Counted from the first letter of the stretch, positions 1 to 10,688 are shown. The stretch is 64,000 nucleotides of DNA from an uncultured Verrucomicrobiae bacterium (GCA_963719495.1 CAVRCI010000002.1:608001-672000), one strand, 5' to 3'. Notes: generated from the sequence alone by a model not told the origin. Program-made: numbers and translations.

Positions 1-531
1 TTTTACGGATTGCCCGATGTCGGTGAGCCCCCCTTGCCGACGTCGCTTCAGATCGTAGAAGACGCCGCGCAAGCCTTGGGGATTGTAGGTCGATGCCCCG
101 AAGAATCCGCCCGCGCCCCCGCCGCTTCCGCCGCCCGTGCCGCCGGCTCCCGAGACCATGCCGCTCACGTCGGCGGCGGCAATGGACGAGGGGTCGAACT
201 CCACCACCTCCGCGACGTCCGCCATTGGCACGTCCGGAAGCGCGAAGTCCATCTCGCGCAGGCTGGCCAGTTTCTGGTCGAGCACCGGTTTCTTGGCGGC
301 GGAATCGAATTCGGCCGCCGCCAGCTTCGGGTCGACGATCTCGGGTGGGATGGCGACGATCTGCTTGGAGACGAACGTTGCCTCGGGCGGCGTGAAGTGC
401 GCGATGACGACCCAGAGGCCGGCGAAGACGCCGAAAGCCAGGTGCACCACCAAGGCGACTAAGAGGGCTTGGATCAGGAGGCGCTTCTTGCGCCCGCCGG
501 GATCCTGAGTGGAATCGATGGCTACAGGCAT
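1..531 (-). CDS. Membrane-anchored hypothetical protein, partial (runs off the window edge)
   Basis: Open frame from ATG 531 to the edge. N-terminal basic stretch plus TM segment (RKKRLLIQALLVALVVHLAFGVFAGLWVV), Gly-rich linker, then GLRGVFYDLK. Not in the ORF track because there is no stop in the window. Confidence 0.7.
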   Translation of the reverse strand, partial: MPVAIDSTQDPGGRKKRLLIQALLVALVVHLAFGVFAGLWVVIAHFTPPEATFVSKQIVAIPPEIVDPKLAAAEFDSAAKKPVLDQKLASLREMDFALPDVPMADVAEVVEFDPSSIAAADVSGMVSGAGGTGGGSGGGAGGFFGASTYNPQGLRGVFYDLKRRRQGGLTDIGQSVK

Positions 532-808
532 CGTTCGAGAAAATGCGAGCTTGAAACTCGGTGGCGCGATCTCCGAGCGAACACGGATGAGGGAGAAAAA
601 TGGGGGGAAGTCATGGACGACGACCGAGGCGAATCCGCGGGCCGGTTGCTATATCTGATGCAGGTTAATATCGAGCTTCGAGTCGCCAGCGTCAAGTCCG
701 CCGCTATCGTTCGTGTGCCGAAAAACACGCGTTGGGGCAGTCTGCGGGGAGAGGCGGAGCGGAATTGGATTTTGACAGGTGAGCGAAGATTCGCGACTGA
801 TCTAAGAG

Positions 809-2143
809 ATGTTATTGGAAGAGGCGGTGGATGCGCGGGAGGAAGCCGAGGTCGGCGGGAAGGCGCGCGACGGCGGGGCGACCTCCGGCTTGGAGACCGC
901 CGAGCTGCAGCAGGCCATCGACGAGGCGGGCGCGGCTGGCGGGGGGACGGTCCGGATTCCGCCGGGTGTACACTGCACCAGCACGCTTCGCTTGCGCAGT
1001 GGCGTCACGCTTTGCATCGAGGCTGGGGCGGTCTTGACCGGGCACGATGACCCGACGACGTATGAATATTTCGGGCAGCACGCGGCCGCGCCGGATCTCC
1101 CGGCGGTTTGGAATCGCTCGCTGATTCTGTGCGATGGCGTCGAGGACGTCACGATCACCGGCGGAGGGGTCATCGACGGGGCGGACGTGTTCGATCCGAA
1201 CGGGGAGGAACGGATGCGGGGGCCGCACACGATCATGCTGCGCGACTGTCGGCGGATTCGGATTCATGGCGTGCGCGTCCGGCGGTCGGCGAATTACGCG
1301 ATCATGTTTTATGACTCCAACGAGGTCGACATCGATGGGGTGACCATCGAAGGCGGTTGGGACGGCGTGCATTTCCGGGGGCAGCCGGGGCGTCCGTGCC
1401 GCGACGTGACGATCAGCAACTGCCGCTTCTACACCGGCGACGACGCGATCGCGGGCTGCTACTGGGCGAACGTCGTGATCACGGGATGCGTTCTCAATTC
1501 GTCCTGCAACGCGATTCGATTGATCGGTCCCGCGACGGGGTTGATCATCCACGATTGTCTCATCTACGGCCCCGGAAGGCATCCGCACCGAACCTTCGAC
1601 AATCACCACGCCCTGGGTGGCATTCTGCTGCAACCCGGTGCGTGGATGGCGACGTCGGGTGAACTGGATGACGTCGTGATCTCGGACGTGACGATGCACC
1701 GGGTGCAGACGGCGTTTCAATTTGTGCTCAAGCCGGGGAATCGAGGCGGGACGATTACGATGAGTCGGGTGGACGCGCACGGTGTCTACTACGCGGCGAG
1801 TTCCGTCGAGAGCTGGGCCGACGCGGCGTTCGAGCGGGTGACGCTGCGGGACATCACCATCGATTGCGAGGAGACGTGCGACGACGGGGAGGCGGATTCG
1901 GAGGTGACGATGCCCCACGTCGGGCTGCGTCCGCTGCCGGCTTGGGGCCTGTATGCGCGCGGCGTGCGGAATCTGTCCTTTGAAAATGTCCGGCTGACCA
2001 TTTCCAAGCGCGCGGTGCAGCCCGCCATCCGCTGCGTCGACGTGGAGCGCCTGACCCTGGATCAATTGCGTCTTCCGTTGGACGTCGACCCGACAGCGGC
2101 GGTCTCCCTGCAGCGGGTCGGCGAATTCGTTCAGCGCGGCTGA
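809..2143 (+). CDS. GH28-like / pectin-lyase-fold glycoside hydrolase
   Basis: LQQAIDEAGAAGGGTVRIPPG, LRLRSGVTL, ITGGGVIDG, WDGVH and TGDDAIA motifs of right-handed beta-helix GH28-type enzymes. Confidence 0.8.
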   Translation: MLLEEAVDAREEAEVGGKARDGGATSGLETAELQQAIDEAGAAGGGTVRIPPGVHCTSTLRLRSGVTLCIEAGAVLTGHDDPTTYEYFGQHAAAPDLPAVWNRSLILCDGVEDVTITGGGVIDGADVFDPNGEERMRGPHTIMLRDCRRIRIHGVRVRRSANYAIMFYDSNEVDIDGVTIEGGWDGVHFRGQPGRPCRDVTISNCRFYTGDDAIAGCYWANVVITGCVLNSSCNAIRLIGPATGLIIHDCLIYGPGRHPHRTFDNHHALGGILLQPGAWMATSGELDDVVISDVTMHRVQTAFQFVLKPGNRGGTITMSRVDAHGVYYAASSVESWADAAFERVTLRDITIDCEETCDDGEADSEVTMPHVGLRPLPAWGLYARGVRNLSFENVRLTISKRAVQPAIRCVDVERLTLDQLRLPLDVDPTAAVSLQRVGEFVQRG

Positions 2144-2165
2144 CCTTTTTCCTTTTCCGACTCTC

Positions 2166-4145
2166 ATGATTCCGACCGACCCATCCCGCCAGTTTCGTTT
2201 TCAATTTCAGCGCGAGACGGTGCTCGTCGAGCCTTGGGGCTCCGACAGTTTGCGCATCCGGATCACGATCAATCCGGAATTCGCCGACGAGGACTGGGCG
2301 CTCTTGCCGCCGGGCGAGGCGGACGGATTCGAGGCCGGCGCGGAAAGCGCGACCCACGGCGATCTGCGTTTTGGAATGACGCCGAGCAAGAAAGGCTTTC
2401 ACGGCTTCCTGGTGAAGCGCGTCTCCGACGGGGAGGTCCTCCTCGAGGCGGAACCGGTCGCGCGGTTGAAATCCGTCGGTGGAGATTACTGCCGGGCGGA
2501 GTTGCGCCTGCGGGCATTTGACGGCGAAAAACTTTACGGACTCGGGCAACACCCGAACGGTCGCCTCGACCAGAAGGGCTGCGTGATCGATCTCCACCAG
2601 AAGAACACCGAGGTCGCGATTCCGTGGGTGACCAGCAGCCGCGGCTACGGGATGCTGTGGAACCTTCCGGGCACGGGCCGGGTCGAGTTGGCCGAGAATC
2701 TCACTCGCTGGGTCGCGGACTCGGCGAAGCAGATCGACTTGTGGGTCACGACCGCCGCGACGCCAGCGGGGTTGCTGGCGAGTTACGCCGAAGCCACGGG
2801 TCACGCGCCGCGCTTTCCCGATTTTGCCTCGGGATTTTGGCAGTGCAAATTGCGTTACCAGACGCAGGACGAGCTCCTTGCCGTGGCCCGGGAATACGTC
2901 GATCGAGGGCTGCCGATTTCGGTGATCGTGGTCGATTACTTCCATTGGGAAAAGATGGGGGAATGGGGATTCGATCCCGCGTGCTGGCCCGATCCCGCCG
3001 CGATGGTGAGCGAACTGCGTGATCTCGGGATCGAGTTGATGGTATCGGTCTGGCCAACCGTCAACGCGGCGTGCAGTGATTTCGAACGGATGGAAAACGA
3101 GAACCTGCTCGTGCAAACCGAGCGGGGTGTGTCGGCGGTGACCCATTTTCTCGACACGTATCAGGACGACCGCGTCTACCTGCATCATCTCGACCCGACG
3201 AATCCGGACGCTCGAACTTTTCACTACGAAAAAATCCGCGACAACTACCGGAAACACGGCATCCGCGTCTTCTGGCTCGACGCCTGCGAACCCGAGCTCG
3301 ACCCGTTTCACTTCGACAATATCCGCTACCACGCCGGGCCGGGCGAGGCGGTGAGCAGTCTGTTTCCGCGGGGACATCAGCAGGCCTATTTCGACGGACT
3401 GACCGAAGACGGCGAAGAGAGCATCATCACGCTGGGCCGCTCGGCTTGGGCGGGGAGTCAGCGCTTTGGCGCGGCGCTGTGGTCCGGCGACATCGACTCG
3501 ACGTTCGAGTCTCTAACCAAACAAATTCGCGCCGGCTTGAATGTCGCGATGAGCGGATTGCCGTGGTGGTGCACGGATATCGGCGGTTTCACGGGTGGGG
3601 ATATCCGGACTCCGTATTTTCAGGAATTGATCGTGCGGTGGTTTCAATACGGCGTCTTCTGCCCGATCTTCCGCTTGCACGGCGTGCGTCAGCCGGAAAC
3701 CTTCAAGAGCGGCGGGCCGAACGAGGTCTGGGAATTCGGCGACCGCGCCCTCGGCATCATCACGCGGCTGATGAACCTCCGCGAATCCCTGCGCCCCTAC
3801 GTTCACGAGCAGATGGAGGTCGCCAGCGCGAGCGGGCTACCGCCGATGCGCCCGATTTTTGTGGACTACCCCGACGACGAGCGAGCCTGGACGGTCGAGG
3901 ACGCCTTCCTCTTCGGTCCCGACATCCTCGTCGCGCCGATCACTGCCGAAGGCGCGACCGAGCGCGACGTTTATCTACCGGTCGGCGGCGAATGGATCGA
4001 GGTGGCGACGGGCGAATCTTGCGCGGGCGGATCGACGCGCCGCGCCGAGGCCCCGCTCGACGTGCTGCCGCTCTACGTGCGAGCGGCGAGCTGGGAAGCC
4101 CCCGTCGGGCGGGCGCTTGCCGCTTACGCGGCCAGCCAGACGTGA
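2166..4145 (+). CDS. GH31 glycoside hydrolase (alpha-xylosidase/alpha-glucosidase-like)
   Basis: YGLGQH, GFWQCKLRY, WLDACEPE (nucleophile), WSGDI (acid/base), WCTDIGGF, RWFQYGVFCPIFRLHG. Confidence 0.92.
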   Translation: MIPTDPSRQFRFQFQRETVLVEPWGSDSLRIRITINPEFADEDWALLPPGEADGFEAGAESATHGDLRFGMTPSKKGFHGFLVKRVSDGEVLLEAEPVARLKSVGGDYCRAELRLRAFDGEKLYGLGQHPNGRLDQKGCVIDLHQKNTEVAIPWVTSSRGYGMLWNLPGTGRVELAENLTRWVADSAKQIDLWVTTAATPAGLLASYAEATGHAPRFPDFASGFWQCKLRYQTQDELLAVAREYVDRGLPISVIVVDYFHWEKMGEWGFDPACWPDPAAMVSELRDLGIELMVSVWPTVNAACSDFERMENENLLVQTERGVSAVTHFLDTYQDDRVYLHHLDPTNPDARTFHYEKIRDNYRKHGIRVFWLDACEPELDPFHFDNIRYHAGPGEAVSSLFPRGHQQAYFDGLTEDGEESIITLGRSAWAGSQRFGAALWSGDIDSTFESLTKQIRAGLNVAMSGLPWWCTDIGGFTGGDIRTPYFQELIVRWFQYGVFCPIFRLHGVRQPETFKSGGPNEVWEFGDRALGIITRLMNLRESLRPYVHEQMEVASASGLPPMRPIFVDYPDDERAWTVEDAFLFGPDILVAPITAEGATERDVYLPVGGEWIEVATGESCAGGSTRRAEAPLDVLPLYVRAASWEAPVGRALAAYAASQT

Positions 4146-6790
4146 GGCTGGCGGTCGCCGCGCTCGTGGGCTGGGCGGGCGCATTCAGCGCGGTCGGCCA
4201 ACCTGCCTATCGCGCCGAGCAATTCGTGGAATCTCTCGGTCTGGCGGCGGCCCCCTTCGACCGGTATCTGGACAGCGGCGCCTTCGCCGGAGCCGGGACG
4301 AAGTTTAAACCGGAGACCTTCTTCGATCTCGGGATCCGCTACTACCGGATGGGGCTGCGCAACGACCTGGTCGCCGAAGACCAGCCGGAACGTGTCGCCG
4401 AATGGTGGACCCGCACCGGCGCGAGGCCGTTGCTCCTCGTCGATCCGCGCAAGTCCGGCACCATCGGGATCGACGGCGGGGCGGACGGAGATTTTTCAGA
4501 CCTCGTCGCGGATCTCCGGCGCTATCCGCCCGGTAGCCTCGCGGGCGTGGAAGGTCCGAACGAGGTGAACAACAAATTCCCGCCGCAGGACCTTAATCTC
4601 GACTATCGCGGTCTCACCGACGAAGCGGCGGGAGCGCTCTACCAGCGCGACCTGTGGGCCGCCCTCCGAGCCGATCCCGCCACGCGCGACCTCCCGATCA
4701 TCGCCTTCACCGCCATTTTCACCGACTACCGGTTGGCCCACCCGTGCGACGCCTTCGACTTTGCGAACGTGCACTCGTATCAAGGCGCTGATGTGCCGTC
4801 GTCGTCGCTGCTGATGAACGTCACGCGCTTCAATCGAATTCTCCCCGTCGGCGCGACGATCCGACCGTTTCAGCCCACCGAGGCTGGCTACAACGTCGAG
4901 GAGGACGTCAGCAATGGACAGGGCTACGCCGGCTCTCGACGCGCGCAGGCGCTCAATATCCCGATGCTCTTCGCGGAGTATTTCCGCCACGGCATCCCGC
5001 GCACCTACCTCTTCGCGCTGCACAATGCCGACGGCTACGGACTCCTCGAATCGGATCAGACGACGAAACGCCCCAGCTGGTATGCCGTCCAATCGCTCGT
5101 TCGTCTGCTCGCCGATGCCCAGTGGGATTCCGCTGCCCACGCTTGGAAGGGCGGGCGTGACTTCTACCTGCGGGCTCTGCGTTTCGAGATCGAAGGTGCG
5201 CCCGAGACCGTGCATTCCCTCACGCTTCAGAAGGAGGACGGCGACTGGTATCTTCTGCTTTGGAACGAACTGCCGAACCTCCGCGTCGGACGCGACGCCG
5301 AGAATCCGCCCGCTCCGGCGACGCTCCGCTTCGCCGCCGGCACGCCCGTCGAGTGCCTCGGGCTTTTTGCGCAAGGGGCGATTACCGACGACGCGACGAG
5401 CGGCGCATTCCAGCAGGTCACCCCCGTGCCTTCGATGGACGGTTCCGCCCTCCGCGTCGCGGTTCCGTCACGTGTGCTCGTTCTCCGACTTCGCCCGACC
5501 GTTTCCGTCCTCACAAAGCGCCCGCCGGTCGCGCCCAGCCGCGTCGACGGGTCGGCGACCGAGAATACGGTGACCGTGCGCGCGGAGTTCCCGGCGGAGC
5601 CTGACGTCGCCGAGGTTCTCTTTTTTCGGAACGATCATTTCGTCGCCTCGTTGCCGCCAGCGCGTCAGGTCGAGTTCATCGACGACTCGGCCTGGATTCA
5701 ACCCGGCCTCGGCTACCGCTACGCGATCCGCACGGTCGCCGCGGACGGACGCCTTTCGCCCCCTGTGGAGCGGATCATCATCACCCCCGATCAGCGACCC
5801 GACCTGGTGGTCGGGCGGTTTGGTCCGATCGGCACGCCAGGCTCTCCGATTCGCGTTGGCGACCAAGTCGAGTTTGATGGTGAAGTTCGCAACGTGGGCG
5901 ACGGCGCGACGCCTCATCCGAGTGAGCTGGGAGCGGGGCTGTACAATGGCTCGATCGGGATCACGTTTCGTGTCGATGACCAAGTCGTCAGCTGGGGAGG
6001 GAAGTCGGGTCCGTTCGAGGCGGGCGAGTCCCGCGTCTTCGTGGGAACCGGCGGCCCGGCGGCCGCGCCCCGCTGGACCGCGTCCGCCGGCACGCACGTC
6101 CTGCGTGCGGAGGTCGACGACGTCAACCGCATCGCGAGCGAGCGAATCAAGTCGAACAACGTGACGTCCCGTTCGATCACGGTCGGCGACTATCCCGGTC
6201 GCCTCGAGATCGAGTCCCGCCCGTCTTTGTCCGCAGTCGATCTGTCGAGCGAGGGCTCGTTGGACTGGGTGCATTTCGGCGGTTGGCGCGACAAGGGAAA
6301 AACGTCGCGGCGCGGATCGGTCGATCCGCTCATCGGTCCAGTCGAACCGGTCGGTGAAGGGTTTGTCTCGGTGACCGGGGGGTCGCCCGTGCCGCTCGAC
6401 TGGCGCGGCGGCGATGGGCTCGATCGGGCGGTCGGGAATCACGCTGGGTTGTGGGGCAACAACGTCGGGGTCGGCTTCGCGTTCGAAGTCGCGGCCGCGA
6501 GCGAGGACCGAGTGCTTCGGATCTACGTCTCCGGGATCAACGGAGCGCGCGGGATCTTTCGAGCCTCGCTATCGGACGATTCCTCACCCGATATCGTCGA
6601 CGTGACGTGGGACGGGAATCGCGGAACCGATTGGGCGCCCGTTCCCGGTGATTTTTCCGCTGTTTACACCGTCCGGTTTCACGCGGCGTCTCCCGGGGCC
6701 AAGTTGCGCGTCAGTTGGGGACTTGAGTCCGAGCCGAACCGCTTCGTCGGCCAGATTCGCATGCAGGCAGCCACTCTCTCGACTCCGTAA
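4142..6790 (+). CDS. Secreted multidomain clan GH-A-like hydrolase with Fn3-like, CARDB/Ig-like and C-terminal beta-sandwich domains
   Basis: Start reassigned to GTG 4142 (GTGA overlap with the GH31 stop). Signal-peptide-like N-terminus, EGPNE and PTEAGY motifs, RPDLVV...VRNVGDGAT...VDDVNRIASE...NN CARDB pattern. Paralog of 39641-42172. Confidence 0.75.
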   Translation: MRLAVAALVGWAGAFSAVGQPAYRAEQFVESLGLAAAPFDRYLDSGAFAGAGTKFKPETFFDLGIRYYRMGLRNDLVAEDQPERVAEWWTRTGARPLLLVDPRKSGTIGIDGGADGDFSDLVADLRRYPPGSLAGVEGPNEVNNKFPPQDLNLDYRGLTDEAAGALYQRDLWAALRADPATRDLPIIAFTAIFTDYRLAHPCDAFDFANVHSYQGADVPSSSLLMNVTRFNRILPVGATIRPFQPTEAGYNVEEDVSNGQGYAGSRRAQALNIPMLFAEYFRHGIPRTYLFALHNADGYGLLESDQTTKRPSWYAVQSLVRLLADAQWDSAAHAWKGGRDFYLRALRFEIEGAPETVHSLTLQKEDGDWYLLLWNELPNLRVGRDAENPPAPATLRFAAGTPVECLGLFAQGAITDDATSGAFQQVTPVPSMDGSALRVAVPSRVLVLRLRPTVSVLTKRPPVAPSRVDGSATENTVTVRAEFPAEPDVAEVLFFRNDHFVASLPPARQVEFIDDSAWIQPGLGYRYAIRTVAADGRLSPPVERIIITPDQRPDLVVGRFGPIGTPGSPIRVGDQVEFDGEVRNVGDGATPHPSELGAGLYNGSIGITFRVDDQVVSWGGKSGPFEAGESRVFVGTGGPAAAPRWTASAGTHVLRAEVDDVNRIASERIKSNNVTSRSITVGDYPGRLEIESRPSLSAVDLSSEGSLDWVHFGGWRDKGKTSRRGSVDPLIGPVEPVGEGFVSVTGGSPVPLDWRGGDGLDRAVGNHAGLWGNNVGVGFAFEVAAASEDRVLRIYVSGINGARGIFRASLSDDSSPDIVDVTWDGNRGTDWAPVPGDFSAVYTVRFHAASPGAKLRVSWGLESEPNRFVGQIRMQAATLSTP

Positions 6791-6826
6791 TCACTCCGGC
6801 GGAAGCGAGCCGGTCCGCGGGTCGGT

Positions 6827-7981
6827 TCACTGAATTTTGACCCCTTCGAGGGGGGCAAGGAGTCTCCACGCGGGCCGGGTGATTGGAGACGCTAGTGTCG
6901 GGACAGCCTTCAGCTGATCGGGGAGCATCGTCTTCATCCGATGCGATAACCATCCGCAGAAGTGATCCGCTAGCGGCTTGATCTGTTCGAGCGGCCACCG
7001 TTCGTCTCCGCGGGTGAAAGGACCGAGGTAGGTGTGAGCGCGGATCAGCCGCGACGTTTCCTCACTGTCCGGATCAATGAGATCGGGATCCACTGCGAAC
7101 GCCACCGACGCCGCCGCGACGAGCGCGGCCAGATTGAAAATACTGTAACCGAGCGACAGAGTCCGGCTTTCCTCGTGTGGCTGGCGGCCATCGACGGAGA
7201 TGTGGGCAAGAATCCGCGCCCGGGTCCATGATTCCCACTGCTCGACGACGAGATCGTCCCGCCCGGTGAACCGCGCAAATGCCATCACCTGAGCGTCGAA
7301 CCACGAGCCATGATTATTGTGCTCCCGCTCTTCCGCGAGTCCATGCGCGCTGGTCCGAAACCAATTGAGGTACTCCGAGAACCAGTCGCGAAGACCGCTC
7401 TGATCGTCCGTCGACCATTCGCCGGACTCGGCCAGCAGCGGCACCAGATCGAGAAGAAATGCGCAGTCTTCGGTCTCGATCAATCCGATCCCCCTCCCGT
7501 TGCAGCGACCGGGTATGTGTTGGGCATATTCCAAGTGCGGGTTCATGCGCGTTGCGGGGTCGATAAACCACGTCCTCAGCCAATGCGCCGCAGTCTGGAA
7601 CGAGGCGGTATCTCCGGTCAGCCAACCGTGCACGATGAGGGTCGAGCAGCCGGAGGTGAGGAGGCCGAAGCGGGGTCGGTCGAACTTCTCGACATCCGGA
7701 TTTACCTGCCCGTCGCGCCGTATGTAGGGAAGTCCGTCTGAACTGTCGGGATCGGGCCACCAATATTTTCCAAGGCTGTTGTAATCGTTCGTCTTGCCGC
7801 TGGGCGCGACGAAAGCCGCAGGTTTTGCAGTCACCGTGGGCGCCTTGATTTTCCGAAAGGCAGCGGCGCGATTTCCGATCTCCTTTCGCCTTTCAAGTTG
7901 ATCCTGCGAGCGCAGATCGTGCCATTCGTTCGGATTCGAAAAAATCGTCGGACACGGGCAGGGGGGAGTCGAGGTCATCAT
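6827..7981 (-). CDS. Alginate lyase family protein (alpha/alpha toroid, PL5/PL17-like domain)
   Basis: DYNSLGKYWWPDP, GLPYIRRDGQVNP, TRMNPHLEYAQ, NNHGSW motifs. Confidence 0.88.
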   Translation of the reverse strand: MMTSTPPCPCPTIFSNPNEWHDLRSQDQLERRKEIGNRAAAFRKIKAPTVTAKPAAFVAPSGKTNDYNSLGKYWWPDPDSSDGLPYIRRDGQVNPDVEKFDRPRFGLLTSGCSTLIVHGWLTGDTASFQTAAHWLRTWFIDPATRMNPHLEYAQHIPGRCNGRGIGLIETEDCAFLLDLVPLLAESGEWSTDDQSGLRDWFSEYLNWFRTSAHGLAEEREHNNHGSWFDAQVMAFARFTGRDDLVVEQWESWTRARILAHISVDGRQPHEESRTLSLGYSIFNLAALVAAASVAFAVDPDLIDPDSEETSRLIRAHTYLGPFTRGDERWPLEQIKPLADHFCGWLSHRMKTMLPDQLKAVPTLASPITRPAWRLLAPLEGVKIQ

Positions 7982-8225
7982 CCTTTCATAGGGTGATGCA
8001 ACTGATATTTCAACTCCCGTCGGCGCGATCGAATCGTTCGATTTTTATGAGAGCGCCGAAAGGCCGAGACGGATGGATCTAAGTTTCCGGTGGAGAATCG
8101 CGTTTCGTCGGGGAATTTTGACTGAGGCTCCTATCCAGCGGCAACGGATGGGGCATGACGGGAAAGTCACTCGGGAGAAAGACCTGAGTCATTTTGTCGA
8201 AAGAGTGTATCGGTTTCTGTGCATT

Positions 8226-8610
8226 TTGGCTCTGACTGCGAAAAGTTCACAACGTCGAGCCGAGATTTTTGGACAAATGAACGAGATCCGTATGATGGAG
8301 GCGGGTAAGGTGTGCGAGATGCGGCGGGAGCCCAGTTCTGGAGCGCCTCGCATTTACCACAATCACCAGTATTGAAAGGATGGGCGCAACCACTCGTGCT
8401 ACGTGGAGGCTGGGCAGGCAGCGGGCCTGACGCAAGCCATCGAGGGGCGTCGGCAGTTCGAGGCGTTGGCCAGCGAGTTTGTGGAGGTCACCGTGGCCGA
8501 GACCCGACAGGCGCAATCCGAGTGAAAAAAAGCTCTCCGTCGAAATCCAACAGGCACAACGAAGCGAAGCGGAAGACTTCCTAGCAGAAGTGCGGTGTCG
8601 GCTTGGAGTT
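8226..8610 (+). pseudogene. Degraded IS remnant (DUF6788-like ORF typical of ISKra4-type elements)
   Basis: RAEIFGQMNEIRMMEAGK...YHNHQY*KDGRNHSCYV...AIEGRRQFEALASEFVEVTV with in-frame TGA at 8373, then an A7 run at 8525-8531 and a short stub in another frame. Family recognised from memory. Confidence 0.5.
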
Positions 8611-8779
8611 CATCGAGACAGGTCGGCGGAGTGCGGTTCACCGGGATGCGGCGGCGATGCTCACGGCCGGGCTCAATGACTACTTCAGGGCGAGTCGTGC
8701 GCGCTTTGCTCTCTCTGGGCGAAGTCTTCCCACCCGCCGTAAGCATGGTTGAGAACGCCCATGATGCCCATGACCGGGG

Positions 8780-9098
8780 AGCCGCACCCCGCTCAGCCAC
8801 GGAAAAATGTATTGGAACTCGTGGCGATCGATCCCGGCGGCGCCCTGACCGTCCTCGATTTGAATCAGCACGAGCCGCGGGTCCTCGTTCTCGACCGCAA
8901 CGCGCAGAACGAAGAAGAGCGTCGACTTCGGATGGAACGGGTAGGGCGTTCCCACGAATTGCGGTCGGTTGTTTAAAAAATCTGCCAATTCGCGAATCCG
9001 GCGTCCTGCCGGATTTCGGATCCGCCCGTCCCAATCCCGCCCAGGGCCATTCCGGATCGTGGGAGCTGGGATCGGTGCGTGGTGAGGGAATGCGGCAT
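8780..9098 (-). pseudogene. N-terminal fragment of a GH116-like glycosidase
   Basis: RSGMALGGIGTGGSEIRQDAGFANWQIF continues as NNRPQFVG after a 2-nt frameshift in the T/A run near 8975; truncated shortly after. Confidence 0.6.
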
Positions 9099-9172
9099 AC
9101 GAACGGACGGTGGGCGGAGCGAGTCTCCTTTCCGAGCCGTCCGGCGGGACAATGCCAACCGGAACTAGGCCG

Positions 9173-10492
9173 TTACGGGCGGTTGCCGGGGGCCAGTCGA
9201 CTCGGCTTCACGAGCACGGTGTTCAGGTCGACCAGCGACGAGAAGTCGGCGAGGAAGACGCGGCGGGTGTTGTCGAGGACGCCGTTGAACGCGACCCAGC
9301 GGTCGCCGGGCAGCCACGCCGGATGCGGATCGACTCGCAAGGCGGGGTGGTTCTCGGGGACCACCACCGAGGGAATGCGCGCCGCCGTTCGTTCTTCACC
9401 CGTGATCGTGTCGATCCAACGCAAGGGCATGCTGCCGTCGCCATAGGCCATCCGGTCGTAAACGTAGGTGTCGGTGAGGATGTGGCGTCCGTCGGGGTGG
9501 ACGGTTGGGTGGCCCGAGCCGATCACATCGGCGAGGATCGGGGCGAGTCCACTGCCGTCGTGGCCGACGCGCACGAAACGATAGCCGTCGCCGAATCCGC
9601 CGAGGTTCATCGACAGCGTGCGTCCGTCGGGACACCAGTTGATGTGGTGGCCGCCGTGTTCCCAGGCGGGCGCGGGGACGGCGTTGCGGAGTTCGGTGCC
9701 GTCGGGCCGGCAGGTGAAGACGTCGAAGCGAAGACCGCCGTCGTGCTCGTGGAGGACGTTGAAGCGATACGGGCCGTCGCTCGGAAACCGGCGGACGGTG
9801 AAGATCAGCCGGTCGCTTTGGCGGTTCCATTTGGTGTGGAATCCGTAGATTTCCCAGGTGTCCGGACCGGATTCGGCGAGTTCGGGCATCTTCGCGGCGG
9901 CGGCAGCGAGCGAGACGATCAGCCGCCGCTCGCCGGTTTCGAGATCGATGAGGAACAAGCCGTCGTCTTCGCGGGGACCGACGTTGCGCGGGATCTGGTC
10001 GTCGGGAATGACGACGCCGTAGCCGACCTGCGTGCGGCGCATGGCGGCGGTCGATGCCGCGGCGGCGAAGTGTCCATCGGGCGAAACTTGATAGACACCA
10101 CCGGGGATGCGTTCGCTCGTGCCGCGATGCGGGTCGAGCTTCACCAAACGCGGCTCCCAAGTGTCGGGATCGACGTCGTTGAAGACCAGGGTGTGCTCGT
10201 CGGCGCCCCAGTTGAGATTGCAGCCCATTTGTGGTTCCCAGCCGCGGGTTTCCGCGACCACCCGCTCGGTGCCACGCAGGAGATCGACGAGGATCACCTC
10301 GCCCACGTCGCCGGGGCGGTTGATCCGATCCTCGAACGGAAGGCGAAAAAGTGCGGCGAAACGCCCGCACGGACTCACCGGGGAGGTGTCGAAAAAACGG
10401 TGAATCGTCCGCCCTTCGCCCGGGGTGATGCAGTGGATGGGGACGAGTGGTTCGTGCTCGCGGTAGGCGGGAAAGTTGGGAGACAGTTTCAT
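9173..10492 (-). CDS. Beta-propeller protein (oligogalacturonate-lyase/TolB-like)
   Basis: Start reassigned to ATG 10492. HRFFDTSPVSP, repeated SPDG/CPDG/HPDG blade motifs, RVDPHPAW. Confidence 0.75.
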   Translation of the reverse strand: MKLSPNFPAYREHEPLVPIHCITPGEGRTIHRFFDTSPVSPCGRFAALFRLPFEDRINRPGDVGEVILVDLLRGTERVVAETRGWEPQMGCNLNWGADEHTLVFNDVDPDTWEPRLVKLDPHRGTSERIPGGVYQVSPDGHFAAAASTAAMRRTQVGYGVVIPDDQIPRNVGPREDDGLFLIDLETGERRLIVSLAAAAAKMPELAESGPDTWEIYGFHTKWNRQSDRLIFTVRRFPSDGPYRFNVLHEHDGGLRFDVFTCRPDGTELRNAVPAPAWEHGGHHINWCPDGRTLSMNLGGFGDGYRFVRVGHDGSGLAPILADVIGSGHPTVHPDGRHILTDTYVYDRMAYGDGSMPLRWIDTITGEERTAARIPSVVVPENHPALRVDPHPAWLPGDRWVAFNGVLDNTRRVFLADFSSLVDLNTVLVKPSRLAPGNRP

Positions 10493-10671
10493 CGTGATTT
10501 GTTGCTGGCGGCGTTGACCACCATCCCCCAGCTGGCGAATCGCTCGGCGTCGCTGTCGCGCAGCTCGAGCGCCAGCGGCATCAGCGGGGGATCGAAGTAG
10601 TGGGCGTCCTCCATCAGGGTTACGGCATTCTTTGGCTCGTAGAGCCGACCCGTGCGGTCGAACTCGCTCAT
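10489..10671 (-). pseudogene. Probable 3' remnant of a lost upstream gene
   Basis: 60-codon frame whose stop overlaps the next ATG (ATGA coupling); no recognisable family. Confidence 0.35.
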
Positions 10672-10688
10672 TCTTGAATAGGGAACGG

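Noticed and set aside
812..2167. Long antisense ORFs (also 1854-3377, 9110-10600, 27265-28827, 33762-35564, 40910-42319, 60833-62590)
   Set aside because: They are shadows of well-supported genes on the opposite strand, expected in high-GC DNA, and have no motifs.
3446..4141. N-terminal extension of the 1114-aa ORF
   Set aside because: It overlaps the GH31 gene in another frame and is Arg-rich noise; GTG 4142 gives a signal peptide and matches the paralog.
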